Positions 26,143 through 39,589 are shown, counted from the stretch's first letter. The stretch is DNA of 64,000 nt from Octopus sinensis (GCF_006345805.1 NC_042998.1:78864001-78928000), one strand, 5' to 3'. Made by a program: numbers and translations. The notes: generated from the letters alone by a model not told the origin.

Positions 26143-26375
26143 AAGGTGGCAAGCTGGCAGAGTCATTAGCAGGCTAGGTGAAATGCTTGGTGGTATTTTG
26201 TTCTTCAATCTTCTGAGTTCAAATTCCACCCAGGTTGACATTGCCTTTCATCCTTTCAGGGTCAATAAAATAAGTACCAGTTGAACACTGGGGTCCTTCT
26301 AATCGACTCATCCTCTCCCCCCAAATTGCTACCTCTGTAGCAAAATTTGAAACTATTATTATTAAGGGTAAGAAG
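26143..26375 (+). mobile_element. tRNA-derived SINE family B variant, next to an (ATT)n tract
   Basis: aaggtggcaagctggcagag...gagttcaaattccacccagg...aagtaccagttgaacactgggg, ending in attattatt. Confidence 0.8.
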
Positions 26376-26451
26376 GTGAAGAAACTATCATAAGAACTAT
26401 TAACACAACTATGACACGCATTATTATTAGCCACCCATTGCCACAAAACAT

Positions 26452-26990
26452 CATCAACAGTAATGGCACTCCATTGGTTATGATGATGACGGTTCCAGAT
26501 GATTCGGTCATCCAAACAACCTGCTTGTAAAATTGATGTGCAAGTGGTTGAGTGCTCCACAGACATGTGTACCCGTAACAAGGCGGCGAGCTGGCAGAAC
26601 CGTTAGCATGCAGGGCGAAATGTGTAGCCGTATTTCGTCTGCCGTTACGTTCTGTGTTCAAATTCCGCCGAGGTTGACTTTGCCTTCCATCCTTTCGGGG
26701 TCGATAAATTAAGTACCAGTTACGCACTGGGGTCGATGTAATCGACTTAATCCGTTTGTCTGTCCTTGTGTGTCCCCTCTGTGTTTAGCCCGTTGTGGGT
26801 AGTAAAGAAGTATGTGTACCCTTAACGTAGTTCTCAGGGAGATTCAGCACGACACACAGAATGTGACAAGGCTGACTCTTTGAATTGCAGGTGCAACTCA
26901 TTTTTACCAGCTGAGTGGACTGGAGCAACGTGGAATAAAAAGTCTTGCTCAAGTGCATATCTTAACCAGTAAGCCACGCACCTTCACATC
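26452..26990 (-). mobile_element. tRNA-derived SINE split by a SINE B insertion
   Basis: The 3' part resembles the family C tail (cf. 41580-41720) and the 5' part resembles the family D head (cf. 55660-55790). Sequence is continuous across the insertion once the TSD is removed. Confidence 0.75.
26580..26811 (+). mobile_element. SINE family B, full length, nested
   Basis: aggcggcgagctggcagaac...gttcaaattccgccgagg...gtagtaaagaag. TSD atgtgtaccc(g/t)taac at 26565-26579 and 26812-26826. Confidence 0.92.
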
Positions 26991-27653
26991 CATCAACAAT
27001 ATTTCTGCAACTTCCCAAACACTCTTTATCATCTTCATTTCCATGCATCCACTAGCACACCAGTATCACTATGTTTCACAGTTATTCTACCTTTTCTAAC
27101 ACTACTCCTACACACACAGTACCTGTCACACCAATAACAACTTCTTGCAGTAATACATGATCACACATTTTGGCGGAATGTTGTGACTGGGTCAACTCTG
27201 ATATCTGACTGAAACTATTTTTACCTATCCTAAATAGAAAAGGCAAGGCTATCGCTAGCTGTTTTTCAACTCAGAACAGAGCTAACATTTGTGAGGAAAG
27301 TAAGGCAGTGTCAATGACATTTGGAGGCTCTTCAAGCAGATTTGATAAGCTTGATGTGAACATGCTTTTTTTTTTCCTCTCTCTTTTCTTGTTTATGGCA
27401 AATGTAAACATTGACACTACCTAATTGGTCATATTGTTATTTGCGTTATACTTTTAGGGGCATAAACACTATCAAACATGCATAGGAAGAGACAAACACG
27501 CACAAACATATACCTTTACATGCATATGTGCATGTGCACATTCTCCACCTACAAAACTTATAACAGTAATGTGGAGCTTGAGTCAGCCAATTACTAAGTA
27601 CTTACAACTCCTACTAAATGTGATAAGTAGTATTTTTTCCTCACTTGCTTACT

Positions 27654-27691
<38 letters not shown>

Positions 27692-27724
27692 CACACACAC
27701 ACACACACATACATACATACATAC

Positions 27725-27870
27725 AAGTGTGTGGTAAGAAGTTTTCTTCTTAACCACGTAGTTTCAAGTTCAATCCCACTGTATGGTACTTCAGGCAATC
27801 AAAGTTTTGTAAGTGCATTTGGTAGGCAGAAACTGAAAGAAGCCCATTGTATGTGTGTTTGTGTGTGTGT
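27725..27870 (+). mobile_element. SINE family A, 5' part
   Basis: gtgtggtaagaagttttcttcttaaccac...ggaaactgaaagaagccc-like head. Confidence 0.75.
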
Positions 27871-28177
27871 ACACATGTACTTGCTCACTGCCTCCGAAAG
27901 TTATTAGCGTCTGATGAGAACAGTTGAAGGCTAAATTTGTAATTGATTAATTGATTAATTATGCATACAAACTAATGTATAGTAAAAAAATAGTTCTTCT
28001 AACCATATGAAATTATCTTAACATTGAATAAAGTTATCTAACGAACACAATCTTCCTTTTGCATCTGATTGCAGTATGTATGTATACATATATACATACA
28101 TACATACATACATATATATATATATAATGATAGATCTATGTAATGATATTCTTCAAAGCAAGACACGCTAGGATAGT

Positions 28178-28220
<43 letters not shown>

Positions 28221-28222
<2 letters not shown>

Positions 28223-28776
28223 AGCATTGCTAGAAATAAAAGTCAAAACAACTCCATAGCCACAAAAAGCACTACCTTAATGAGCTGTCAAGGAAGACAA
28301 GCCCCCTTTGGTCACAGAGCTAGATAACCAATGACTTTGTGTGCTGATTAGTGCCCTTGTTCACTTTAGTGACGTATATATTTCTACCCTTAGGTTGTAA
28401 AATTGCAAATTAGCCACCCACATTATTTATAATTCTCACACTACTGTTTACAAAATCAGCTTACGATTTCAACAGAGATCTTATAAGCTGACAAGGCGAG
28501 ATGAGTTTAACCCTAGGTGCGGTGAGAGCTACTGATGAGCTTTAGGATGCGTTAAACATCAGAATGCAAAATCATCAGTGATATAGCTCTATCTGTGACT
28601 GTAGGGGGCTTGTCTCCTTTGTCAGCTCATTAAGATAGTGGTTTTTGTGACTATTGAGTTGTTTTGACTCTTATTTCTAGCAATGCTAGTGCTGATTAGT
28701 GCTGTTGTTCACTTTAGTGATGTATATATTTCTGCCTTTAGGTTGTAAAATTGCATATTAGCCACTCATACTATTA
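28221..28776. repeat. Composite fold-back plus partial tandem unit with a hammerhead-like motif
   Basis: Inverted arms 28221-~28348 and ~28553-28689. Direct repeat 28341-28428 and 28689-28776 (348-bp period). agagcta-CTGATGA-gc..gc-gttaaac...ata-tagctct at 28525-28590. Confidence 0.8.
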
Positions 28777-29699
28777 ATATAGTACAATATCATTTATATG
28801 GTGCAAGTTTTAAGAAGATGAAACACATCAGCAGATCCCTCACATTCTTATCTACCGAAGAGTCTGTAACTTGTACGTAATGTTTTCACTGTGAGACTAA
28901 ATATATGTTTATTAGGTAGATTTTATATGATTTCATCATATTCACATTTATCTGAAAATGTTATGTTGTTTTAAGTTTTTTGTTAGTAAATCACTTTCCA
29001 TCAGAGATGCAACACTACCAATACTTTAATGGTTTTGCAGAAGATTTACTTTTAGTAATTTTGGTAACTGAGAGTAAAAAGTAAATGCCCTCATGAGAAC
29101 TTTATCGCACACAAGCAGCCTGAGAGGTGGAGAGGGAAAAAAAATTAGAAAGTGATATCAATCCTCTCTACTTAGGTAGAAGGATAAGTGTATGTTTAGA
29201 ATCATATAAAGTGTATGTGCTCCCCATATGTGTACATAGTTAACTGTCACCATATGCAGAAATTCCTGAGATTACATAAAACTGCACACACAAGAATTTA
29301 CACTCCATATCTCTCCTAGATGATTTCCCAAAGGCATAGCTAATCCTTCATATGTGTGTGTGTATACATACATACATACCTGTATGTATGTTTGTGTGTG
29401 TGCTGTAGAAAAAGCAGTTATGTGTCTGGAGGCAAATTGCATCTGACATCTGGAAAATAAACTATAGTCTTCTGCATTTGGGATTTAATCCTCTCTAATG
29501 TGGAAATTTAAAATCCATAATGTGCAGAAATGTATTCCTTAAGACAACCGAGGTAAGAATTTGCTGTAGCGGTGAAAAACTTATCCTTGTCATCTGGTTG
29601 AAACATTGCATTTCATATCTAGAAGAAAAAATACTTATCTTAAATGAAATTAGTTGATCATTGAAAGTAACTTTGTTAGACACCTAAGCACAAAATGAT

Positions 29700-32390
29700 G
29701 TTATTTTGGACACTCATGAGGTAGACAATGAAGTAACTGTGGGACCAAATTATATAAAATTTCTCAATGAATATGTACCTGGTATCTGAAACCAAGCTAT
29801 CAGTGAACAGATTTCTTCCCAGTATTACGAGTGTGAAAATCAATGTTGCAAGGTACTCATGAAAATTAATGATTTGGATGTTTTATGGCTTCATGGAATT
29901 ATGTCTGAAAGGAAAAGTGATATTGGTTAAGGTATCAGTGATTCCTTGTTAACATTTCCAGAAAGTTCTGGAATCTTTTCTTAACAACTAGGTGAATTGA
30001 TGCTTGTAGAATTAAATGTCTACAAAAGGAATACACAGTGATGTGTTTGGAGCATATTTAAACTATAGTTAACCATTTTAATTTTGCACTCGTACATCTG
30101 CAAGTTTTTACCTTTAGCGTCCATCAGTTTTAACCACCAATTACAGAACGGATAAACCGAAGATAACAAGGTAGAAAATGCAGACTATAAATATGGTGAT
30201 AGGGAAGCAAAAATGCAATGTAATGTGTGAAGCTATATTTTGTAAAATGGTTAACACACAATGAAAAGTATATCACATTAATTGTTGTGTTTGGTACTAC
30301 AATTTGTTAAATGGTGCTGCCTACCACTGCTGCCAATTGCAAACTGTGAAACGGTTAATTCATTAGCATGAAATTTTTACAATTCATGTTGCTATATTTA
30401 GAAGTAGTCATCAACCTGGTGTTGCCACAAGCTGTGATCTTGAAAGTGCCAGTGAATATAGAATATTAATAGAGATATTAAAGTGTTAAAAGTGGACAAT
30501 TAGTCGTATTAATTGAAGAAATAATAACAGTTCAGTTCAGTGAATCTCGGGTTGAAGGTTAAACAAAATGAATTTCAAAAGGAAAGAATGTAATAGTTGG
30601 ACAAGAATTCAGATGTAATGCACTAATGGCAGCCATGAATGATATTAGATTGATTATTTCTAGTCTTCAACCCAGTAGTGGTGTAATGTTTATTATAATA
30701 TTGATTTCTTTTGACTAGACAAAACAATTTTTTTCTTAAAGAGAAGGTGTATATTCAATTGAATTGACCCAGTTTATTAATGGTATTTATTTCTATTGAC
30801 TCTAGTACAATGCAACATACAGAATGTTGAAGAAGGGAAATATATACTGTACAGTGTTAGGGTTGTATTTCTATTTTGGTCACTTCCCAATGAGGGAACA
30901 TCTGCCCACTTCTTTGACTTGCTAGCAATAACTAACAAATTTTACTCAGATCACAGTCCTACTGTTCCAAAAAGGAAGAACACAGTCAATAATATAGTCT
31001 TGTATTTTTAATTCTTTTTCTGCTAATTTGATCTGGAGTAAGGGACTGTGTGCATGAATGCTTTCAACATCTTTGAGATATTGGAGAATATGATAGGACA
31101 GTAGTTGGTAGGCTCAAGGAGTTACCCTTCTTCAAATAAGATACACCATATAGCATGTTTGTAAAGACTATTTTACATCATTGTAGAAAGAAAAAAAATT
31201 CTGATTTTGGCAAGTATGGTAATAATGCCTGGGGTGCATTATGTCTGGGTAATATATAAGAAATAGTTGAAACTAATGGCCTTTGAAGTGATCAGAGATA
31301 CTTTTACATTTGGCATGTATGTTTCCATGGTAGAGTAGAGGGGAATAGTTTAGAAGGAAATCTAGTGTAAAGTAGATACAAAGTAGGCAGCAAATGTGAA
31401 AACTTGCTCTCTAGGAGCAATGCTCATGCAACTATCATGAATAAGAAGGGGAGGAAAGGAGCCTGTCACAAAGTTGATGGAAATCCTTTCAGCAAAAGAC
31501 CAGAAGTATCAGCTGCAGTTTGGATGGTGAGAGAACTTTGAAGGCTCCTTTTGCAGTTTGAATTTTCAGAGATAAAGTGCTGTTTTTAAGAGCCAACCAA
31601 TTTGTAAGTATAGGTTATTTTCTTCAAGCGTTGTAGGGTATGATTCTTGCCTGAACTGTTGCAGCAGAGCTATGGCCTGTGTGGGGATTAAGGCTGTGAG
31701 TTTTTGTTATGTATGGGATGTACAGGAACATATCACATATGCTACCAATGAAAGCTAGCATAAAATTAGTGAAATTTTGCTCAGTTAGTTTACTTGAAAT
31801 GCCATAGGCTCCAAGAAATTGTGTAGTATTCCAATGTGTGGTGGATAGTTGTGATAAAGTAGCGATTAGATAATTCTCTATGTGCCAAGACAGTTTTGGT
31901 CTGACAGAGGTTATGTTTAAAAGTAACTAAGTGGTAAAATATGTGTTGGTCATCAGGAAATGTAGGGAATGAAACTAGTTGGTGTAGAACAGTAGGGATT
32001 GCAAAAGATCCAGTTGCTGCACCAGCGATAACAGTATAGAATAAGTGTGAAAACCAAATAGAGTTGTGAGCCTCCGAGTTGCCAGACCAAATGACTTCTG
32101 AGATGAGTGAAGTGAGACGGATGTCTGATGTAGGAAGAAGTATTATCAGTATGTACTTAGTTTGATGAACTTAGAAAGCAGCAGAAAAACCAGGAGACTT
32201 TCAGCTTGAGTAACTGAAAATTTTTTTGTTGCTGATGTCTAAATAATTAATGGGGAGAAAGGAAATTATGTATGCAGAGATATCACTTTCAAAAGTGAAG
32301 TTTGAGCAAGCTTAGCGAGAACATATCTGGTCATGAGGAAATATTGCTTTAGCTGAGAATGGATGAAGGTTGGTGACAAGAACGGTATTC
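29700..32390 (-). mobile_element. Degenerate CR1/L2-like LINE (endonuclease + RT remnants)
   Basis: Around 31050-31150 the minus strand matches KKG....P.NYRPI...SK.FE (ttgaagaagggtaactccttgagcctaccaactactgtcctatc). Further RT-like segments lie at ~30000-30150. Many stops. Confidence 0.55.
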
Positions 32391-32394
32391 TTTT

Positions 32395-32703
32395 ATTCTT
32401 TTATTTGTTTCAGTCATCTGACTGCGGCCATACTGGAGCACTGCCTTTAGTCGAACAAATCAATCCCAAGACTTATTCGTTGAAAACCTAATACTTATTC
32501 TATTGGTCTCTTTTGCCAAACCGCTAAATTACGGGGACGTAAACACACCAACATCAGTTGTCAAGCGATGGTAGGGAGACAAACATAGACACATAAACAC
32601 ACACATACACAAATGACGCGCTTCTTTCAGTTTCCATCTACTGAATCTGGAACCATGTGATTTGTAAGCAAGCTACTTACAACACAGCCACTCCTGCACC
32701 TAT
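32395..32703 (-). mobile_element. SINE family A
   Basis: Reverse complement of the family A body with a small internal deletion in the head. Confidence 0.88.
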
Positions 32704-32919
32704 CTAACTAAAAAAAATCCGGCTCAACCAAACCTATGCAAGCATAGAAAAGTGGGCTTTAAAATGGTGTTGATATATATATTATCATCATCATCGTCAT
32801 TTAACATCTGTTGTCCATGCTAGCATGGGTTGGCCGATTTGACCAGGGCTGGTAAGCTGAGGGGCTGCACCACACTCCAGTCTGATTTGGCATGGTTTCT
32901 ATGGCTTGATGCCCTTTTT

Positions 32920-33002
<83 letters not shown>

Positions 33003-33169
33003 ATAGATATATATACACACACATACATACATATTCATGCACTCATACATCCTCATCATTTAAGGTCTCTTTGCCATGCGGCATGGGTTGGACAATTTGA
33101 CAGGAACTGGCAAGCCAGAGAACTGCACCAAACTCCACTGCTTGTTTTGGCATGGTTCTTAACACCAAC

Positions 33170-33204
<35 letters not shown>

Positions 33205-33949
33205 TTGTATGTATTTTTAAATTTTGAATCATCCTTTAAACTGTATGTGAGGCGCAATGAATTAATCAATATTAACTTTATCCACTTTTCTTTACAATGT
33301 GGTTCCCCTCAAGAAGCTTGTAGAGAGCCATTTGATCAGTAAAAACATTTAGCTACATCTTCTTCAAATAACAGCCTACCATCTTAGAAAAGAAAGATTG
33401 AGTAGATATTTTGAACGTGAATTTATGGTGCCCAGGACAAAAGATGTTGCAGTCCTAGTGTGAATACCTTTAATCATAGGTTGAACTGGGCCTAATCAAC
33501 GAACAAACAAACACGAAAAGAAAAGCTTTAAGCACTACCCTTTTTTGTATTTGTATCCAAATAGTGGTTCTTCCTTCTATCTTCTCTATTAATATAATAA
33601 AGACAGGTGGAAGAGAAAAGGTGAGAGAGGGGTACAAAGGCAAATAAACAAGTGGAATAAAGAACAAGAGCATGGAATCCACGGAGAGAATGTGAGAAAG
33701 AGGGAATCTGGAAAAGAGAGAAAGTGAAAAACAAGATGCCAGCAGAAAACAAAAAAATTGGTAAACTTTGAGGGGAAGAGAAACAGGAGAGCTTGAAGTA
33801 AACAAGTAAAGAGAGAGTGAAAAATGGTAACGCATAAATGGAGGAAAATTATTGCTAGTAAGACAAAAAGCAGATTTGTGTAAAAGTGGTTGTGTGGTGG
33901 AAAGGAAATAGAGATAGTAAATGAGTGATGGGTAGAGAGAGCACTATAC

Positions 33950-34070
33950 TAATTGAGGAAGGTACTGTTTGTATGAGATTGGGAAGAAGAGAGTGGAAGC
34001 CAATTTGGTTGTAAGGATGGGAGGAAAAGAGATATATGAAACAGGAATTTATAGTTGGGAACTTTTGTGC

Positions 34071-34117
<47 letters not shown>

Positions 34118-34160
34118 CACACATACATACATATATATATATATAAATAAATACACACAC

Positions 34161-34208
<48 letters not shown>

Positions 34209-34211
34209 AAT

Positions 34212-34248
<37 letters not shown>

Positions 34249-34257
34249 CACACATAT

Positions 34258-34288
<31 letters not shown>

Positions 34289-34301
34289 AATACACACATA
34301 T

Positions 34302-34376
<75 letters not shown>

Positions 34377-34440
34377 CACACACACACATACACGCAAACA
34401 CATGCGCGCACACACACACACACACACATATATGTGCGTG
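33950..34440. repeat. Compound (TA)n array punctuated by repeated aaatacacac units, preceded by GA-rich low-complexity DNA
   Basis: At least five (ta)n-aaatacacac(a) units are visible at 34075-34430. Confidence 0.9.
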
Positions 34441-34799
34441 TGTATGTATTTAGAAGAGAGAGAGAAAAGGATGTTGAAGGAAGTGATATGTTTAAATTTA
34501 GACAACAGATCTTACAGTGGTAACCAAATATTCAAAGATGAAGGGAATTCCTCTTGATAACGTAAGTAGCTACAGAATGTTACAGATACAGGATGGATCT
34601 GCTCACACACATACACACAGATTGATCTGTGTGTATGTGTATATACATTCAGTAGCTGCTTATTCTCTCTCACAAACACACAGACACACACTCGGTTTCT
34701 ATTCCAGTACATATGTGTATCTGTATGTATTTGCACATATATTTTTGCTATTTAATTAATCAGAGGAAGCGAAACAGCACCTAAAACATTTTCAGGGCC

Positions 34800-35560
34800 C
34801 CACCTTACTTTTCAGATGAATGAAGCTTATGTACACTTTGAACTTCTTGAAGCTGAAATTCACAAGAAAAGTATGGGCGGAGAAGAAGTTCGAAAAGGTG
34901 TTTCTTCCATACAGTTGTTCTATTGCGTGAATACATAATACATGCTGTTCAAAAACATGGCACAAAGTCACAAAGTGATGAAACTGAGGAGGTGAAGGAA
35001 TGTATCTACTTAAGACAGACAGTAAGTATATGCTGAGACATAAATGTTGAAATTTCATGCAGATTAAGAGCAGAATGGAAGGCATTTGTTCTGATTAAGG
35101 ATATCCTCAAAGCACAGCTGAACAAAGCCCCTGTATGACAATTTTTTCAACAACAGCATTCTGTCTGCACCCCTACATGTTTGCAAGTGAGACATGGCTA
35201 GTACAAAGAGCAATGGCCACTGACTGGCTACAAAATAGAGAGCCATGAAAAGCTCCATGTGTGGAATATTGTTGGAGCACATCCAACATGAATGGAGCAA
35301 ATTGAATTATGTAACTCCAAAATACTGGAAATACAAGTTCTGCTGGGCCAGGTATGCCACAATGCTCTCAGATGATAGTAGCTTGACCTGTTGCAGTTGC
35401 TGAGTGGTATCCAAAAGACCAGATGCAACTTCTCAAAAAGCCTCCAAGGTAATGGAAAAAATGATGTAGTCAAAGAATTTGAGCCCAAATGGAAAAGAAG
35501 GACACAATCAACGGAAGGAAAGATGAGGGTGCTTTATAACCAGCAATATGCAAGATCTGA
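34800..35560 (+). mobile_element. RTE/BovB-like LINE 3' remnant
   Basis: gaaatttcatgcagattaagagcagaatggaaggcattt (EIS.RIRAGW.AF-like) and gttgctgagtggtatccaaaagac...cctccaaggtaatggaaaaatgatg (EWYP.D.KR..RPP.RW.DD-like). Confidence 0.65.
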
Positions 35561-36054
35561 TAGTTTGGTCGATAGAGTGATAGAGCAATTTCTTCTAAAT
35601 TGAATAGAAAAGGTATTTAGGATTGGGTGGGGTTAAAGTGTGAAACTGGTGTATCAGTTGGCCATGTGTCAAAAGGGTAGATAGAGGAGTTGGTAACATT
35701 ACAGTAGTAGAAAAAAAGAAAATGTGTATATTGCTGCTTCTGTGAGTTGTAGCTTGTAGCATGTGAGTGAATCTGCCAGTCAGCTGATTGACCTTCCCGT
35801 GAATGTAGTCAAATAAAAATATGTGAGCAATATTCCAATGTGAGTCTTACTTATTCATTGCAGGTAGTTTGCAACTCTTCAGGTTAAAGTTTCAACAATA
35901 TTACATTTGTGAGTTTGCCATTTTTACGCAGTAAATCATAAGAACATGAGAAATTGTTTCCTTGAAGCAATTGTGACTTGGTGCTATTGGAGGCTTAACT
36001 GTTTCCATTAAAGGATGTTATTCTTTAGCCACATTTCAGTTATGTACATCAAAT

Positions 36055-36426
36055 AGTGGTTAGGGCAGCGGACTCGCAGTCATAGGATCGCGGTTTCGAT
36101 TCCTAGACCGGGCGTTGTGAGTGTTTATTGAGCGAAAACACCTAAGAAGCTCCACGAGGCTCCGGCAGGGGATGGTGGTGATCCCTGCTGTACTCTTTCA
36201 CCACAACTTTCTCTCACTCTTACTTCCTGTTTCTGTTGTACCTGTATTTCAAAGGGCCGGCCTTGTCACTCTCTGTGTCACGCTGAATATCCCCGAGAAC
36301 TACGTTAAGGGTACACGTGTCTGTGGAGTGCTCAGCCACTTACACGTTAATTTTACGGAGCAGGCTGTTCCGTTGATTCGGATCAACCGGAACCCTCGTC
36401 GTCGTAACCAACGGAGTGCTTCCACC
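36055..36426 (+). mobile_element. tRNA-derived SINE family C, slightly 5'-truncated
   Basis: agtggttagggcagcggactcgc...ggtttcgattcc head. TSD atgtacatcaa(a/g)t at 36042-36054 and 36427-36439. Confidence 0.93.
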
Positions 36427-37033
36427 ATGTACATCAAGTGACTGGGTATGTTTCATGATTCCTTCATCACAGATATATGGCTCTTCAAACATGACCACTC
36501 TTTTTTACCCCATAAGTTTTTTACTATTGTCCCAGTTGTAACTTGGTTTACAGAAATAGATTCTTTTTGCCAAGATTTTTCAAACTTTTTCTAGAAATAA
36601 CATAGATTTTGGCTTTAAAATGAATTTTAGCCTTACTCTTCATAATCAACAACTTTTTGTCTTGTAACCTTTTCTTCTCCTCCAGTTTCTTAAGGTTTAC
36701 AGAATTATATTTCTTTGATTAAGGTGTTTTATTAAAGTGCAATTTCAACAAATATAATAAAGAAATAATGAAACTATATTACTCAGAAGTTGTATTTATG
36801 CATTACTCTCCCTTTTTTTTTTTTTGACAAATTTTGTAATTTTTCTCTTTACCCAACCAATTTTCTACTATATCTCAAAATGTAGTGGTGTATTGGTTGT
36901 TTTCAGTGACTTTAACTTCCTTTAATGTGGTCAAGTATTGGATTGGCCAGAGAGCATAGAAGTGAACTCAAAAAAGTAAATGTTAACCTTGAGAATATTA
37001 TTCACACATTGCCATAGATCAATCACAGGTAGT

Positions 37034-37261
37034 TTAACCCTTTAGCCTTCAGATTTCTCTGTCAAATGTAAAGCTTATTTATTCATATTGATCTGAATTA
37101 GTCATGTATTACTTTGTAGCTTTGAGATTTCAATGACATAGTTGTTTATTTTTAGAATAATATTGTAGGGTAAGTGCAAGAGGCCAAATCTGGCCAGACT
37201 GAAGATAAAACGGGTTGATTATTTTGGCTGGATATGGCTGGTTTAAATGCTAAGGGGTTAA
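37034..37261 (+). mobile_element. piggyBac-like MITE family P1
   Basis: TTAA|ccctttagc ... gctaagggg|TTAA. Other copies at 45998 and 11196. Confidence 0.8.
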
Positions 37262-37481
37262 GGTGTAGGTTTGTGTAGTAATGTTTTCTGGTCCTAACTG
37301 TTTTAAGTGTACAGTTTCTGACGTTTTGAGTTTCTGTCTTTGATTTTTCAGTAACAGGTTTAGGAAAACTGTTTCAGAAGTTTAATAGATTGCTGTTAAA
37401 GTGTGGATGCATTACTTGATATTGTTACTATGATATATTGTAGCCATTTGTTATAGTTACTGATACTGCTAATTACAATGT

Positions 37482-37695
37482 TTAACCCTTTCATTACCAA
37501 CCTGGCTGAAACCGGCTCTGGTTCTGAATACAAATGTCTTGTTTTCATAAGTTTTCAGTTAAAATCTTCCACAATTTATGTTCCTAACACTAGCTTAATG
37601 ATAACCAAGTTATTTTACTAAATTCTTTGTTATATTTAAAGTAATTGAAAGAAATACAAAGCATCTCAAAATAAATACAGTAATGAAAGAGTTAA
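37482..37695. mobile_element. piggyBac-like MITE family P2
   Basis: TTAA|ccctttcattac ... gtaatgaaagag|TTAA, with an interior unrelated to P1. Confidence 0.75.
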
Positions 37696-37699
37696 CTGC

Positions 37700-39220
37700 T
37701 TCTTTGATGGTTTATGTTGAATATAAAAGTTTTTCAGGATTCTGTTTGTTATTTGCTTTTATTTCCTTTCCTACTTCTTTGTTTAGTCATTTGATAATTC
37801 TGTTATATATAATGCTGAAGTTTGAGTTAGATTCTTCATTTTTATTTCACTTTTATGAAATGTGGGTTAAATATATTTTGTTCCTCTGTAGAATATGTTT
37901 ACTGGAAATACAGTTATTTCGTTGAATATACATTCTGCAGCATATACATTCATTACTGTCATAGTACAGAATTCTGTGAACTCATATAAAAGTGATTCCA
38001 CTTTGGCGTTTTTGAAGTTTTTGAGAAGGTAATGTTTAACCCATTGATAGGTGAATATGGTCAACCGAGACTTTGAAGATTGTTTTACCATATAGTTATA
38101 ATAGCTAGTTATGTGGAACATTTTATCTCTAGAGAGGAATTATTATGGTTTGCTTGATGAGGTACTTTGGTGTAAGTTACTTAGCGTGTACAAGTGAGCA
38201 CAATTGTCTCTCATTTTGTCTTCTCTACTTTTCTTTTACCAATGTGTGCTGTGTGAACTCAAGTCTCTTCCAATGATAGTGTTTGTGTATTAAGGTGATG
38301 TAACTGGAGTATATAGTCTAGTTGAATAGATTGTGAAGTTATTAATCTGTCTCGCATTGTTGGATTTTATTTTGAATGCTCTCATTTCTAGTCTTCCACA
38401 CCTTATTAGTATTTTAAATCTCGTATTGGGTATCTTTGTACTGGTTGGATGATTTTATGAATGTCATAAGGCCTCCAGCATGGATTAGTTTGTTCTGCCT
38501 TGTTCAAGTGACTTGTTTTAGGTGGGCTGCATATTTTCATGTATTCATGTATTTTTGCAATGTGAATATTGTGTGATGATGATGTTTTTTTTTTTTTCCA
38601 GAAAGATATTTATAGGCCATTAGTTTATATCTCAGTATGTTAGATTTGTTGGGTTACGATTGTGTAGTGCGTATCAATTATCATAGTTGTTACTTTCTAT
38701 TTTGCATAAGATATGTGTGGGTTTGACTGATGGCCATTTTCATTGCTCTTGTAGTGCCGTGGGAGACAAGATCCTTGTTGAAGCTGAAAATTTATAGGAA
38801 GATAATGAATTTTCTGTGTTGCATTTTTATGTGATGTGAGTTATGTTTAAATGTTATGTTTGTATTGTCTGTTTGTATGTATATAAATTTTGTATGTGGA
38901 TATTTCTGACACTCAGTGTTGATCTTTTTTGCCTTTCTGTATTGGTTTATATTTTTCTTTATTCCAGCTACACAATTTTATCTTGTTTTCTGGTATATTG
39001 TATTTTGGAATACATTATTTAATGTGCTCCTAGTTTTGGGGGGTTTTCTTGTTTATGTTTGTTTGTTAGATGGTAGGATGTTTTTTGAGGGAAATGCATT
39101 TGTGCCATCATTGAACCTAACTCTTAAGTCCCCTTTGATAAAATTTATTTGTGCACTGTTGTATCCACTTCTTCACAGCCACTTTCACTTTGTATCATCA
39201 ATTTGTTGTCTGTTATTGGG
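37700..39220 (-). mobile_element. Old Penelope-like retroelement remnant
   Basis: Minus frames at 38180-38540 read QPT*NKSLEQGR (NPTK.ELGRISK-like) and IQLDYI (FIQLDI..YPSI-like). Strong T-rich skew on + strand. Confidence 0.45.
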
Positions 39221-39224
39221 CTGA

Positions 39225-39510
39225 ACGGGTTTGGGGGTCTAGATCGGATACCTTTTGCCCAATTTCAATCAAATTTTCAACATGGTAAAGTGGAAGCGGA
39301 TTTGTAATTTAAATGCAGAAATGGGAGATAGATAGATAGATAGAGAAAGATAAAGAGTAGGAGAAAGCGAGAGAGAGAGAGAGAAAGGAAGAGTAAGAGA
39401 GTGAGAAAATGAGAAAGGAGAGCGAAACAAAGAGGGAGAATGTGGCGATAAGAAACAGAAAGTAACAACCACACACTCACCCGCGAGTAGAGCGGGTCAC
39501 CTTAAGCTAG
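39225..39510 (+). mobile_element. Helitron-like 3' end (family H2)
   Basis: Perfect hairpin acccgc-gagtaga-gcgggt (39479-39497) followed by caccttaagCTAG|t. The 5' end was not located. Confidence 0.6.
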
Positions 39511-39589
39511 TATGTATATATATATATACACACATATACATATATATACATATATACACACATATACATATATATACATATATATATAT

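Noticed and set aside
27893-27930. gaaa...ctgatgag motif suggestive of a type II hammerhead
   Set aside because: Stems I-III cannot be formed convincingly.
33855-34505. Longest ORFs in the track (216, 158, 126 aa), and similar IY/CV/HT-rich ORFs across the window
   Set aside because: Translations of (TA)n/(CA)n microsatellites with no coding signal.
36055-36130. tRNA-like heads here and at 12432, 26581, 41880-41948, 59851 and 60833
   Set aside because: Each continues into a SINE body with multiple copies and lacks a proper acceptor stem, so they are not tRNA genes.
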